This document shows, in pieces, positions 24,501 through 36,291 of a DNA stretch of 64,000 nt (its first letter is position 1; each line of letters begins with the position of its first letter). The notes below the pieces were generated by a model. It searched no databases. It had not been told where the DNA came from and saw nothing but the letters and a program-made list of their open reading frames with translations. A program made the position numbers and the translations under genes. The DNA is taken from the NCBI GenBank assembly GCA_964106915.2, contig OZ066922.1. The stretch is one strand, 5' to 3'. The DNA is from Podarcis gaigeae. Its lineage: Eukaryota.

Positions 24501-26466
24501 GAGCTCACTGGTTGCCAAAGCAGTTTTTTTTGGGGGGGGGGCTGTGAACTGCCATGGAAGGTCCATTCCCCAAACAGCCAGGATGGCGGCTTGTTGAGTG
24601 AACAGGGAAAGCTGCCCCTCCTTCCTTCTTGGAAAGGGAACAGTTCCTGATCCTCCCAACTCTGCTTCTCTGTCTCTGCAGAATGGCCAGTGCAGCACTT
24701 GGGCGGTGGCGGCTGCTCCGCATTTGCCCCCCAGTGGCCACAGCTGGCCCCATGTGGGAGATGCTGCGCACCTGAGGGACCTTTCCCTCACATGCATCTT
24801 TGCAGACTCCCTCCCTGGGACACCCCCCCCCCAATCTCCCAATGAGCAACTGTCTCTTCTTGCTTCCTCTGCAGAACTGGCTCTTTGTGGCTTCCGACAG
24901 CGAAGTGACCCAGATCAGCACCTCCACCTGTGCCACGTACAGGACATGCCAGCAGTGTGTCCTGGCCAGAGACCCAGCCTGTGCTTGGAGCAGGGAGCAG
25001 GGGGCCTGCAGGGACCACCACAGGCAGGCTGGGTGAGTGAGGGTGGGGGCTTGGGGGCCCAGCTGCGAAAGCAGAGCTGCCAGGGCCCCAATGCAGCCGG
25101 CAGGCCATTCTAGGTGCAGCTTCAGGAGCACCTCTGCTTGGAGTTGGGGGAGCCTGGAGGGATAGACTCTGCTGCCAGCCAGTGTTGGGGTTGGGGAGGT
25201 CACCACGGACATTATTACTATTAATTATTGAACTTATATACTGCCCTATATTGGGGGTCTCAAGGTGATTCATAAAATAAAATAGATATAAAACCAGAAA
25301 ATACCTAATAAAAATAAAACCAACCCAATAGCCCCCCCCCCCCAACCACATCTTAAAAGGACATCACTGTGCACGGCCAGCGGGCAGCAAGCAGAGCCTT
25401 CTCTCAAAGCAGGAGGCTCGTTGGGTGCTGGGCCTTTCGGAAGGCTGCCTCTTTGCCCAGCTGCTTTGCTCAGCAACTGCCCCCATTCCCTCTCCTCAGC
25501 CTGGTCCAGGATATGACGGCAACCAAGGTGCTGGCGCTGTGCCCCACGGAGGAAGGCCTTGCAGGTGCGTCCGACCTTCTCCTGCAGAGAGGAAGTGCCC
25601 AGGGAGCTCCCTCTGACAGTCAGCTGTGGGGCGGGAGAGATGACCTGTGGGGGGCTAGAGGGGGAATTGTGAAGCGGGGAAGGAGGTTTTGGTGGGGTGA
25701 CGCCTGGGCATCAGCTGCCACAGTATGAAGATTTGGGGGGATGGGCACCTCAGCCTCTGCTCATGGGCTGTCCTGGTGCTTCCACCCTCTCCCCAGTTCC
25801 TGCTGCCCTCTGACTCCCTTGCCTGCCTCTTCCCCGACAGAGGCTGCCCCGGTGGTCGAAATCCTGGCCCCGCTGTCTGCCCGCGTGGTCCTGCCTTGCG
25901 CCCCACAGTCTGCCTGGTCCAGCTGCGAGTGGCAGAGGCCTTCCCAAGACACCTCCGCCTACGTCCTGCGCAGGGATGGGCTGGAGTTCACGGCTGCCGC
26001 AGCCACGCTGGGCGAGTACACCTGCCGCTGCACAGAGCGAGGGGTGGGCGGGGTGGTGGCTGCCTACAGCCTGGTGCTTGGCGGGCGGGGGGCCAGCAGT
26101 GCCCCTCGCTCAGAGGAGCGCAGCTACAGCGTCCTGGTGGGGGTGCTCTGCTTTGTGCTGGGTGTCCTGGTGAGCAGCGGCTGCCTCCTCCTGCACGAGC
26201 GGCGGCGGAGGGAGCGCCTCCAGCGGGAGCTGATCTGCCGCGAGCGGAACGGGCTGGACCTGATGCAGTCGACCACCACCAGCTGCAGCCACGAGCCCCA
26301 GACGCCCAGCTCCCCCGAGGATGAGCGCCACCCGCTGGCCAACAGCAAGAAGAACGGCAGCCTCAACGGCTACCCCCACCTCTACATCAACGAGCTGGAC
26401 ACGGAGCAGGCCCGCATCTACCTGGCAGGGGTCCCCCTGGCCAAGTGTGACGAAACCTCCATCTAG
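10443..26466 (+). CDS. SEMA4F: Semaphorin-4F, 14 coding exons: 10443-10584, 20636-20787, 21124-21183, 21386-21484, 21748-21841, 22210-22329, 22450-22592, 22851-23026, 23619-23760, 23868-24090, 24182-24294, 24875-25032, 25500-25564, 25841-26466 (2313 nt, 770 aa)
   Basis: All introns are GT-AG and phases are consistent, giving one ORF. Signal peptide [25 protein letters not shown]. Sema-domain motifs: [90 protein letters not shown] domain [14 protein letters not shown], an Ig-like domain, TM segment [21 protein letters not shown], and C-terminus CDETSI as recalled for SEMA4F. Confidence 0.96.
13590..14130 (-). mobile_element. Degenerate CR1 ORF2 fragments in SEMA4F intron 1
   Basis: Fragments such as [24 protein letters not shown] and ISEDWNMTN resemble the CR1 EN-RT linker. 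Confidence 0.6.
21507..21543. repeat. (GT)n microsatellite in SEMA4F intron 4
   Basis: Read directly. Confidence 0.95.
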
Positions 26467-27339
26467 AAGGGGGCATCCAGCGCACTCTTGCCGGATGGCT
26501 CTCTGGAAGTGGCTGGCCCACTGCAGCCAGGCTGCCGAGATCTCTCTGGGGCCAGGGCAAGTTTGTTTGGGGGCCAGCTGGGCTGCTGCTGCTCCTGGCA
26601 GAAGGCCAGGCTGAGCAACTCCTTCCTATGCTGGTGAGACCAGAGGGTCCCCCTGGCTTTCTGGTGGCCAGGGAGAAGCAGGGGGCTGTGAGAGAGGCCG
26701 CAGGGCTGGTTTCCAGGGCCTGGAGAAGCCCCTGACTGTGCCTGTGTGATGCGTACTGGAAAGTTTGGTTTGCCTGCCTGCCGCCCTCTCTGCAGAGGCT
26801 CAGCCATGTTGCCCAAGGGGGCCGTGAGCGCCTGGCCCTGGGACCTGCTGTGAAGGACGTGCCAAAGTGCCCAGTGAGGGGCGGTGCCTTGGCACATGGA
26901 GCCCCCTTGCCAGCTGCAGCAGCAGCACCTGGAATGTTTACTGAGGGGTGACCTGTTTCCCTCACCACCCACCTCCATTTCAATCCCTGCAGCTGCTCTT
27001 TGGACAGAAGAAGGCAGGCAGACTGCCCCCCCTTCCTAGCAGATTCGGACTGATAAATGTGAAGGATGCCCCATGTGGGAGCAAAGGACATTTTGGAATA
27101 CCTCCCTCCTGCTCAGTCTCGGAGGGACAGACTCTGTGGTTCCCCACCTTTTGAATGTGGCCAAATGTGTACCCTCTTTGATCTCATATCCTGGATCTCT
27201 GCCTCCCCCCCCCCTTTGATGTCCCACAGGGTTTTTGCTTCCTAAGAAGCTGTACCAGGGGACCATCTTTCTGAGAAACGGGTGTTGTGCTCTCCTACTG
27301 TTGTATTTTGGTTGTTTTAATTTCTTGGTTTTGTGACTT

Positions 27340-27345
27340 ATTAAA
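27340..27345 (+). terminator. Probable SEMA4F polyadenylation signal ATTAAA
   Basis: About 870 nt after the stop codon, preceded by a U-rich tract. Confidence 0.55.
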
Positions 27346-28179
27346 AGGGATGAAACTTAGGAGCCCAGTCTCTCTTGTGCTCGAATCCTGCTTGCTGGTT
27401 TCCCACAGGCTGCTGCTTGGCAGCTGTGAGAACAGGATGCTGCTCCAGGTGGGCCAGTGGTCTCACCCAGCAGGCCCTGCTTATCCTTTTAGTTCCAACT
27501 AGCAGGAGTGGCCTGGCCAGTGGGGGTGGCTTGTGCTAGAAGTACCCCTCCCCCTGCTGGCCTGGCCACAATCCCAAACAAGCCAAGTTGCAGCAGGGAG
27601 CATAGGCTGTGAACCCTCCTGCCTGGCCCTGCCACAGCACCCGCTTAACTGCCTGCTCTGCAGCCTTTCAGAGAGCCTTTGTGTCTGTCTCCAAGGCATG
27701 TTTCTTCACCTGCTCTGAAGTGCATTTGTGCCCAATTGTTTGAAATTCACCAGAGCTACCTGGTTGGCATAATTGGAAGGGATCAAAGGATCATCTAGTC
27801 CCACCCCCTAAACATACCCAGCTCCTTCAAGCACTCCTTCTAAGGCTGTTTCCAGAGCCTTGATCATCTTGGTTGCCCTTCTGTGCACGGGCTCCGCATA
27901 AAGTGGGACAGTCGGAAGGGGACCCCAAGGGTCATGTAGGCCAATCTGGAGAAGCCCTGCCAGAGGACCGCACCATCTCTGCAGAAGGTGCCTGAAGTTT
28001 TATGCAGCGATGATTCTCCCGACCCCGCCTGTTACACAATCAAGCCAGCTTCCGGCTTCGAAGTGGAATTGTGTTATTTGTGTACCAAGGGTGCGACTCC
28101 GGCCTGGTTGTCGTTAGGGGAAAGACTGCAGCCCTTTGCCCCAAAGAACAGCCGCTCCCAGCTGGGCTTGCATCCTTCT

Positions 28180-29560
28180 CCCATGTCACGCGGGAGGCGC
28201 TGAGCTCTGCTCGCTGCCTCTGCTCCTTCCACGAGGGTCGACCCACTGAGGCTTCCGCTACATGCCCTCCGGGTCCCCTTCCAGCCTTGTACTTCGGTGA
28301 GGCGCCCCCTCGCCGCCCCAGCTCCACCTCCACCTCCCGGCCAGAAGGAGGCGCAGCTGTGGGGGGGGGGGGCGGAGGGACGAGCCTAAGCACCGCCCCC
28401 TCATGCTCGCGTCACGTGACAGCGACCCTTCGGCTGCCCCTGCGCCATGACTGCGGCGCCGCCTTTGCTTCCGAATCTTCGCCCTTCGCGGCCTCTTTGC
28501 CGCGGTCCCGCTTCTCTTCCTGCTGGTGCAGCCGGGACTCGCCTCCCGCCCCTCGACCTCTGGGGGCGAGGAAAACAACAAGGCAGTTTAACCCGGAAGT
28601 CAGATGGAGGCGCCTCCTCTTCCTGTTTCTATCTCTGTGGGCCACGGCGTGTCCGCTTCTTTTTCCGGGGCGTATCTCGGGATCCGGATGCTGAGGCGGG
28701 AGCGCCGCGGAGGTGCTTTCCCTCCTCCTCTCTGTGGCAGGAAGGAGGCCAGGGAGGCGCCCGGCGCGAAGAACGAAGAACGACGGCGTCCCGGGGGCGA
28801 GGCGCGTTCTCTTGACGAGAAACTCCCAGCCAATCGCCTTTCGAAGAGGCGGCGCTGCTCCACAAGGTCGAATCAGCGGCTGCGGCGCTTTCCTCGCCAC
28901 CAGCCAATGAGAGGAAATGGAGGCCTCCTGGGGGCGTGGCGGTGGGCGATGGTGCGTCCGTTGCCAAGGCGACCGCTTGAAGGAGGCGCTCGAGGCGGGC
29001 AGGTGAGCCGAAAGGCGGTGATGGTCCCGTGACGTCATCCTCCCTCGCTCTCCCCCTCCCCAACGGAGCGGCTCGCCTGCGGAACTCGCGGCCTCGGGAC
29101 GCGGCGCCGAAGAGCGGGCCAAGCCGCAGAGGGAGCCTCCACGCCCGGCGGCAGTCTGTCTGCGCGGAAGGGGGAGTGAAGCGCAGCAGGCGGGACTCGG
29201 CTCTCCGTCCCCGTCTGATCCTGCAAGAGCCTGGCTGGGGAGCGGAGCGGACCCCTTGGAAGGGGCTGGGGGAGCGCGTGACCCCCCATGGCTCCCCCCG
29301 CCAGGCCCCTCTGCCCCTGCGGCCGTGGGGTAGGGGGTGTTTCCCGCTGCCCCCCGCCTCTGACCTCGAGCGCCCTCTTCCACTCCCTCTCCCCCCAGGG
29401 ATCTCCCGGGGCTCATGGCCCACCGGCGCCTGGCGGAGGCGCTGCAGGTCTCGCGGGACTTGGTGGTGAGCGGGTGCGGCAAGGACGGGGTGTGGCCGGC
29501 CGACGGGGACTCCTGCTGCCCCAGCAGCCTGGCCTGCCTGCGGCAAGTGCCCCTTGGCAA
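28180..29560. promoter_or_regulatory. CpG-island promoter of the WD40 gene: E-box/CLEAR GTCACGTGAC 28411-28420, ETS CCGGAAGT 28593-28600, CCAAT 28830-28834 and 28904-28908, RFX X-box GTTGCCAAGGCGAC 28960-28973, CRE TGACGTCA 29030-29037
   Basis: CpG-dense region immediately upstream of the WD40 coding exons; motifs read directly from the sequence. Edges approximate. Confidence 0.8.
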
Positions 29561-32500
29561 GGATGCACATGGAATCTACAGCCTCTGCTTTGCCCCCGGT
29601 GGGGGGCAGCTGGCAGCCGGCTTTGGCAACGGCTCTGTGCAGGTGAGCGGGGACAGGGGGCAGCTCCCAAGTGGGCTTGCAGGGTGGAAGATGCGGAAGG
29701 GGTTGGCCTGAGGGGCTCTTGCTGGCGGATTGAGGGTGAGGGGACCTCTGGGGGCAATTGAGCCGCCCTGGGCTCTCCCCGCCTTAGCCCAGTGGGTGGA
29801 GAGACAGCCGAAACTCCTGCCCCCCTCTGCATGGGGCCCCATCTACCCTGCCCTCCTCTCCTTCCCCCAGCTGGTGGATGCCTCCAGGGGCTTGCCCGGC
29901 CCCTCCTTGTTCCCAGGGCACCGCACACGGCAAGCGGTCACTGCTCTGAAGTTCCACCGGGCGAAGCCAGGCCTGTTGCTGGCTGCTGGGGCGGATGGCA
30001 CCATCTCCATCTACGACCTGCTCTCACACTACCCTCTGGCTTCCTGGACAGGTATGGTGGGGTGGGGTGGGGTGGGGAGGGAGTCCAGCCCTCAGGCAGT
30101 GGGCCTAGGCTGGGGGACCCCTGCTGCTGCCCTGGACCTCCCCTCTCCTTGTGCTCCCCAGAGACAGAGAACGAGATCAACGCGATGGACTTCTGCCGGG
30201 ACGGAAGCTCCTTTGCCACAGCAGGCAAAGATCGCCATATCCGACTCTATGACAGCCACACCAACCAGGTGAGCCTGCAGTGCTGGTGGCCTGAGATCTG
30301 GAGATCTGCACCCTCTGGGTCCGTGGGATGCTCTTCGTCCGCCTGCCTCTAACGCTTCTCCCCCACTCTGCAGCTCTTTCACATCATGCATGCCCCAGAT
30401 TTCATGGCCGGGGATGAGTTCACACCCCTCAGCGGACACTCGCGGCGGATCTTTGCCTTGCGCTTCCACCCCACAGAGCTGCATCTCTTTCTGACGGGTG
30501 GCTGGGATAATTCTGTCAAGGTCAGTCCTCGGGAAGGCAATCTGTGTGCACGTGCACTTCCTGACCTTCTCTTGCTGATTTTCTGCACCTGTGGGGGGCA
30601 GTGGGTGGGGACCGGCCTCTGCCTCCTGCATACAGGGGGATACACAGTTCACCCTTTTGCTCTTCCCTGTGCCAGGTGTGGGACAAGCGGGTGTCCAAAG
30701 GTGCAAGGAGTGTGATCAACGGGCCTCACATCTGTGGCCCCGGGATTGATGTGAAGGTGAGGAGCTGGAAGGAGGGGAGCTGGGTTTCCCCCTCTGCGGC
30801 ACAGCGGTTCAGAAGAGCCTCACTGGCTCATCACTTTTATCTAGTGGGGCTATCATGGTCTAGATTTTTATTTATTTACTTATTGGACTTTTTGTCCAGG
30901 TTTCTCTTTCAAAAAAGCCCCGGGTGGCAGAACAGAAAAACTACAACAGAAAAACTTTAAAATATGTTTAAACAATCACACACTTTCACTGCTAAATAAT
31001 ATAAAGGTTGCCAGAAATGATGGAATTCAGGCATCAAGCGTCTGGGTGAACTGAGATGCTTTAACATCCTACCTAAATGTCCATAAGGAGGAAAACAGGT
31101 GCATCTCACCAAGGATGGGGGCATTTCATAAGCAAGAAGCCGCTCTGGAGATGGACTTATGGAGGGTCGGCACCAGTCGGGTACCCCCCCCCGCCTGCAG
31201 TCCCACCATCAGGACCTCCTCCTGCCAAGTGCAAGGTCTGAGGTGGTCCCTCTTGGAAGGGGGCATCCCTGAAGTCCTTCGACCCCAAGCCACTTAGGTT
31301 TTTGTATGGTAGTTCTTGGTTCTTTTAGGATTGGTGACCAAGGGCTCCATTCGTTGAGCTGGTGGCCCCCTTCTGCACTCCGTGCAGCTTCCACACACCT
31401 TCATTCGTTGAGCTGGTGGCCCCCTTCTGCACTCCGTGCAGCTTCCACACACCTTCAAGGGTGGACCCACATGGAGCATATTGCAGTAGTCCAAGCGGGA
31501 GTTCCCTGCAACTATTGCAGTTGAGGAAAAGCTGTGGCTGGCGGAGTCTTAGCCAGGTCCAAGCACTCCTCCACAGAGGCTGGTTGGCCTTCCAATGACT
31601 GGCATCATGATTAACTGTATTTATATAGCACCATCAATGCACGTGGCTTTGCACATTTAAAACAAGAAATTGAACCCTCAAGAGTGCAATCTAAGAACTG
31701 CAGTCTAAGAATTGCGAGAAGGGTTGCTCAGCGACTGATCTCCTCATGTTGCTATCTCTGGCGGAGGAGGGTTTCCTGCTTGTGGGTTTCCCTGTGGGGC
31801 ATTTGGCTGGCTGCTGCCAGAAGAGGGACTGGCGGGCTCACTGGCCTGACGGACCAGGCTCTGCTTCTGCTCTTAGTCCCACCGAGAGGGAGGAGGGAGG
31901 GCAGGGACGGGGGGCGGCAGCCTGTGCCGTTGGCCACTGTGAGAAAGGGGTGCTGGGCTTGCTGGGCCCCTTTTGGCCTGATCCGACAGGCTCTTCTCTT
32001 CCCAGAGAGAGGAGGCCACCAGAGAGGGCCTGGGCTAATGCCTTGGGGGGTGTGCCTGCACATGCTTTTGAGCCAGGAAGCCCGGGAGGGAGACTCAGCA
32101 GAGTTGACTTGTGCCCTTCTCTCTTCCTCACGTAGGGAGACCAGGTCCTGACGGGCTCGTGGGTACCCCGCAATGCCCTCCAGCTCTGGGACCTGCGCCT
32201 GTCTCGCCTGTGGCAAACCCTGCCCTTCCCCTGCAGCCCCACGCAGGGAGAGTTCCTCTACTCGGCCCAGTTTTGCATGGGGGACGTGGTGCTGGCTGGC
32301 GGCAGCGGGACCAGTGGGGCAAGCGCCATCCACATGGGCACAGGCCAGGTAAGAGGACCAGCAGCTCAGGATCCTGCGCCTGCTGAGTCACGTTGCCTCC
32401 TCTGCTGGCAGCCCCACTCCCAGGGCTGAAAATGGAGATGGGGGGTGAGGGGTGGAGCCCACCTGCATCCTTCCCCACACAAGGCACATGCCCTGAACCG

Positions 32501-32728
32501 TCGCTTCTCTCCTGGGCTGCTTCTGCCCCTGCTGGACGGGGCCTGCCTGCCTGCCTACTGCCAGGCTCCTTGCTGACCCCCCTCTTCTTCTCTCCCTCTT
32601 CCTGGCAGGTGGCCGGGGAGATTCTGCTGCCCAACAAGCCCGTCCATGTGGTGGCCTCTGCCCCCGGAAGCCAGGCTGTGGCTGTGGCTGGGGCAGGGGG
32701 CAACCTTCACTTGGCAGAGCTGCACTGA
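29415..32728 (+). CDS. Uncharacterised WD40-repeat beta-propeller protein, coding exons 29415-29642, 29871-30051, 30162-30268, 30374-30520, 30676-30756, 32136-32348, 32609-32728 (1077 nt, 358 aa). Possible upstream exon 28917-29002 spliced to 29399.
   Basis: GT-AG introns with consistent phase. WD-type repeats: IYSLCFAPGGGQLAAGFGNGSVQLVD; VTALKFH...LLAAGADGTISIYD; INAMDFCRDGSSFATAGKDRHIRLYD; GHSRRIFALRFHP...LTGGWDNSVKVWD; VLTGSW...LQLWD. AATAAA follows at 33015. Confidence 0.9.
30860..31510 (-). mobile_element. L2 LINE 3' fragment containing a perfect 54-bp tandem duplication (31348-31455)
   Basis: Minus-strand LDYCN motif (L2 ORF2 C-terminus) and a TTTA-rich tail; the duplicated unit starts at 31348 and 31402. 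Confidence 0.7.
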
Positions 32729-33014
32729 GCCCTGGAAGGAAGAGGCAGAGCATCCTGCAGATGCCCAGCCCTGGAGTTCAGGGGCAGGGAAGCCGTCAGC
32801 CCCACGCTGCCACGGCCAGGGCGGCAGAGCCAAGCTGCTGCCTCTTGCCACAGGGGTGATGAGGGTGGGTGCCACCCCCTTTCCCCTCCTTGCCCTGCCC
32901 AGGCCCCCTGCCCTCCCTACCTCAGTTTCCCTTGTTTGTTCTGCCTGAGGAGGGGGCTCCGCCTGGACCAGGGGATGCCTGGAGCAGAGGCTCTTCCCTC
33001 CTTCGGATCTGTGC

Positions 33015-33020
33015 AATAAA
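33015..33020 (+). terminator. WD40 gene polyadenylation signal AATAAA
   Basis: Canonical hexamer about 290 nt after the TGA. Confidence 0.75.
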
Positions 33021-35667
33021 AGCTTCTTGCATCTGGAGAAGCGGCTGGCAGGATTTGTTTCATGGGTGGGTCAAGCGGATGGGACCCACAGCAAGGCTGG
33101 GTGGGGCACTTGCCTCAGCCAGCAGGGAGGGGTTGGCTAGCTGCAGGTTAGCTCAGCTTTTTGAGGACCCTGAAGCGCATGTGGGGAAGTATGTACGGCA
33201 GAATCCTGGCAAGACTTGAACCCCCCTGCTCAAACCACCACCAGGTCATTTGTCGTAGAGCCAGCTGCTTTGACCAGCGCCTGGAAGCGGCTACTCCCTC
33301 TGCACTTCTGAGTTCACAAGACCTTGTTTTGTGGTGGATGAAAAAACTCCTGAGTCTGCCATCTTTCTGTCCCTGGCTCTGCAGTGGCCCAGCAGCCCTC
33401 CTCACTGACGGGGCTCCATGAGCCCCCCTAGCCCAGGGAAGACAGCCACACAGTGCTGCCTCTCAGGTCAGAGGCATCTGGGGGGCCTGTGCAGGCAGGG
33501 GCGGCTCCATCAGACAGTGGGGTGATGGGCGAAAAGCGCCTGCCGGCATCTAGTTAGTGGCAAAACTGCCTCTCTGCTTGCTAAGTCTCTTTGGAGGCGG
33601 GGGCAGGGGCAGGGGTCCCTCTCCCACAAAGCTCCCTGGATATGTCCTGGCACCACCTTTTGGGCGGTGCCCCCCCAACCCAGAAGGCAAACACCTATGC
33701 AAAGGGATTTGGATGGGTGTTCATTTTCTGGGCTTTTTGGGGGGGGGTGTCCCCAGTTGGGCATTCCAGCAAAGAGGGAATGCACCTTTTCCTGCTTCCA
33801 AAAGGGGGGAGGCAGTGGGAGCTCCCCTAGCCCAGCTTGTTTGGAGACTTCCCTGTTGTTGGAGCCATTGAAGCATTATGGGGTGGTGGCTCTGCTGTCT
33901 GGGACTCCAAGGCAGGAGGTGAGCTGCTGGGGAGGGTCTTTGAGTCCCAGCTAGGAAGGAGGGGGCAGAGGAGGGGGTCCCTTGGCGCTGCTGTGGCCAG
34001 GCGTTCCAGGTGCCCCTCAGGCAGGGTCTCCTGCAAATGGTTCTGGGGAAGCAGTCCTGGCCAGGCTCACCTGCCCTGTGGTGGAGAAATGGCCAGCCAG
34101 ATTCGTGCATATTGATTTATTTTTAACATTTGGATCTTGCCTCGCAGTCCCAGGGAACCCTCAACCCAACTCACAGAGCAACTTCAAACTCAGGTCCTGC
34201 CAGGCCACCAAACTGTTCCTTGCCCTGTGCGCCAGTCAGACGCCGTCCAGTATTGGGGTGGGGGGGTGGGGAAGCTTCAGGGCAGGCCACTCTTGTGGGT
34301 GGGGGGCTGGCATTGGCACTGTGAGTTCTACACGGCAGCTGGGTCCCCCAAAGCCTCTTCCCTCTCCTACTGCTCTTAAATCCGGCGCTGCAGCTGGGCC
34401 TGGCGGCCTTCCTGGTGCCAAAGGCTGCCCACTTCTGGACTACTGCTGAAGTCTAGGCCAGTGCTTTGGCTGGGCCTGCCCTCCTCAGTCCTTGCCCACA
34501 ATCCTTCACGCCTGCAATGTCCATGTGGAGTCGTCTCTTAAGAATTCCCTGCCAGATTTGTTTTCAGAGGCTCGTTCCTTTTGCGATTCGGGGAGGGTCT
34601 CTGGGAAGCAGTGCAGGGAGAGGGATGCCCGCATCCTGCCCACTGCACCCAGGAGGCCCCCCCCCCAAGCTGTGAATGCAGCAGCCCTCTGTGGTGGTGC
34701 TTTTGTGCGGGAGGTTGCTGGTGCCACTGGGAAGGAGACCTGCGTTCCAGAGGAATAGGAGGCAGCTCTGCCACAGCAGCTTGATCCATGAGGGCTCAGT
34801 GCAGAACTGGGACGGCCCTGCTCCAAAGGCGTTTCCCAAGTATGGAAGATGTAGGTCCATGGTAAGAAGTCCCACTTCTGTGCCCTTTGAGCCTTCTCTG
34901 ACTGGCGTAAGGGAAGGGGCTCCTTTCAGAGCCTGGCCCGGCCAGTCACCCAGCTGATACGTGAGGGTGCTGGGTGGGCGCCTACAGTCCAAGAGGGTCC
35001 ATGAAGTCACAATAGACCAAGGGCAGTGGCAAGAGCCTGGCCTTGACTCCGGCGCATCATGGAGCAGCCCTGCTGTCACCTGCGGACGGCAGCAGCCAGG
35101 GCCCTTGGGGGGGGGTCCTTGGAGCACAAGGTGGGGGCCCCCCTTCTGCAGCAGGTGCTTCCAAGCACACCATTTGCAAGCAGCCTGAAAAAGGCAGAGA
35201 GATGTCAGGACCTGGGCTGCGTACTACTACAACAACTTTATTATTTTTACCCTGCCACTCCCCCACCCCTCACGGTGCTGAAAGAGGGCTGGTGTGTGCA
35301 TGCACTGGGGCTGCATCAAGGGATGGGAGTTTCGGACCAAGTGCTTTGGCCATATGGTCGACACCCCGTCTTGGGACGCTGGGAAAAGCTTGTGCCTTTT
35401 TCTCCTGCCTGATGCCCTTGACTGTCATGCACTGGCTGGACGTAAAGGTTAAACATGGGCTCCAGTCTGTTCAGAGGGGCTGAGGCTGAAGGGGGAAGCA
35501 GGTGGGCAATGAATATCAGGAGCTGCTTAAAATATCAGTCATTTTGGTTTCAGTCAGCTGCTGCAACTGGAAATATTCTGCATTCCCCATTTCTAAATAG
35601 AAGAGCCTTCTGCTAATTTCTTTGGCTAGACTCCTTGGCGGAAGGAGGGAAGGTGGACTGGCTCTGC

Positions 35668-36128
35668 TCAGATGCTGGTTATAACCTTTAAAGCCCTATA
35701 CGGCCTAGGACCCTCGTTCCTATGGGCCCGCCTCTCCTGGTATGTCCCATGGAGGACCTTACGGTCTTCAAACAAAAACATCTTGGAGGTCCCGGGCCAC
35801 AGGGAGGTTAGGCTGGCCTCAACCAGAGACAGGGCCTTTTCGGCCGTGGCCCCAATCTGGTGGAACGCTCTGTCCCAAGAGACTAGGGCCCTGCAGGACT
35901 TGACATCTTTCCGCAGGGCCTGCAAGACAGAGCTGTTCCACCAGGCCTTTGGCCAGGACATACCTGACCCCCTCCTTTGGCAATCCTCAGAGAACTCTAG
36001 CCCAATGGTTGCCATTAATCTGATTTGAATTGATTTTATAATGAAATGATTTTAGAATGTTGTATCATTTTTACTGTTGTTAGCCGCTCTGAGCCTGGCT
36101 TCGGCTGGGGAGGGTGGGATATAAATAA

Positions 36129-36175
<47 letters not shown>
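35668..36175 (+). mobile_element. L2 LINE 3' end with (TTA)n tail
   Basis: ITFKALYGLGPSFL..RL...RTLRSS...RAFSAVAPIWWNAL...FRRACKTELF is the typical L2 ORF2 C-terminus. Confidence 0.9.
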
Positions 36176-36291
36176 CCTGCTCTGACGTGGCATGGCTCCT
36201 TTGGGTGCTCTTTGCCCACAGGTGCCCCAATGTCATCAGTCCAGGGAAGGCCCAGCACACTTGGCCTAGAGACTGTCCTAAAGTGATACCT

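Noticed and set aside
25199-25212. REST/NRSE-like CACCACGGACA in a SEMA4F intron
   Set aside because: Only a partial core match; the flanking consensus bases are missing and it abuts a repeat tail.
28412-29570. 382-aa and 313-aa minus-strand ORFs
   Set aside because: Low-complexity Arg/Pro/Gly/Ala translations of a CpG island with no recognisable domain.
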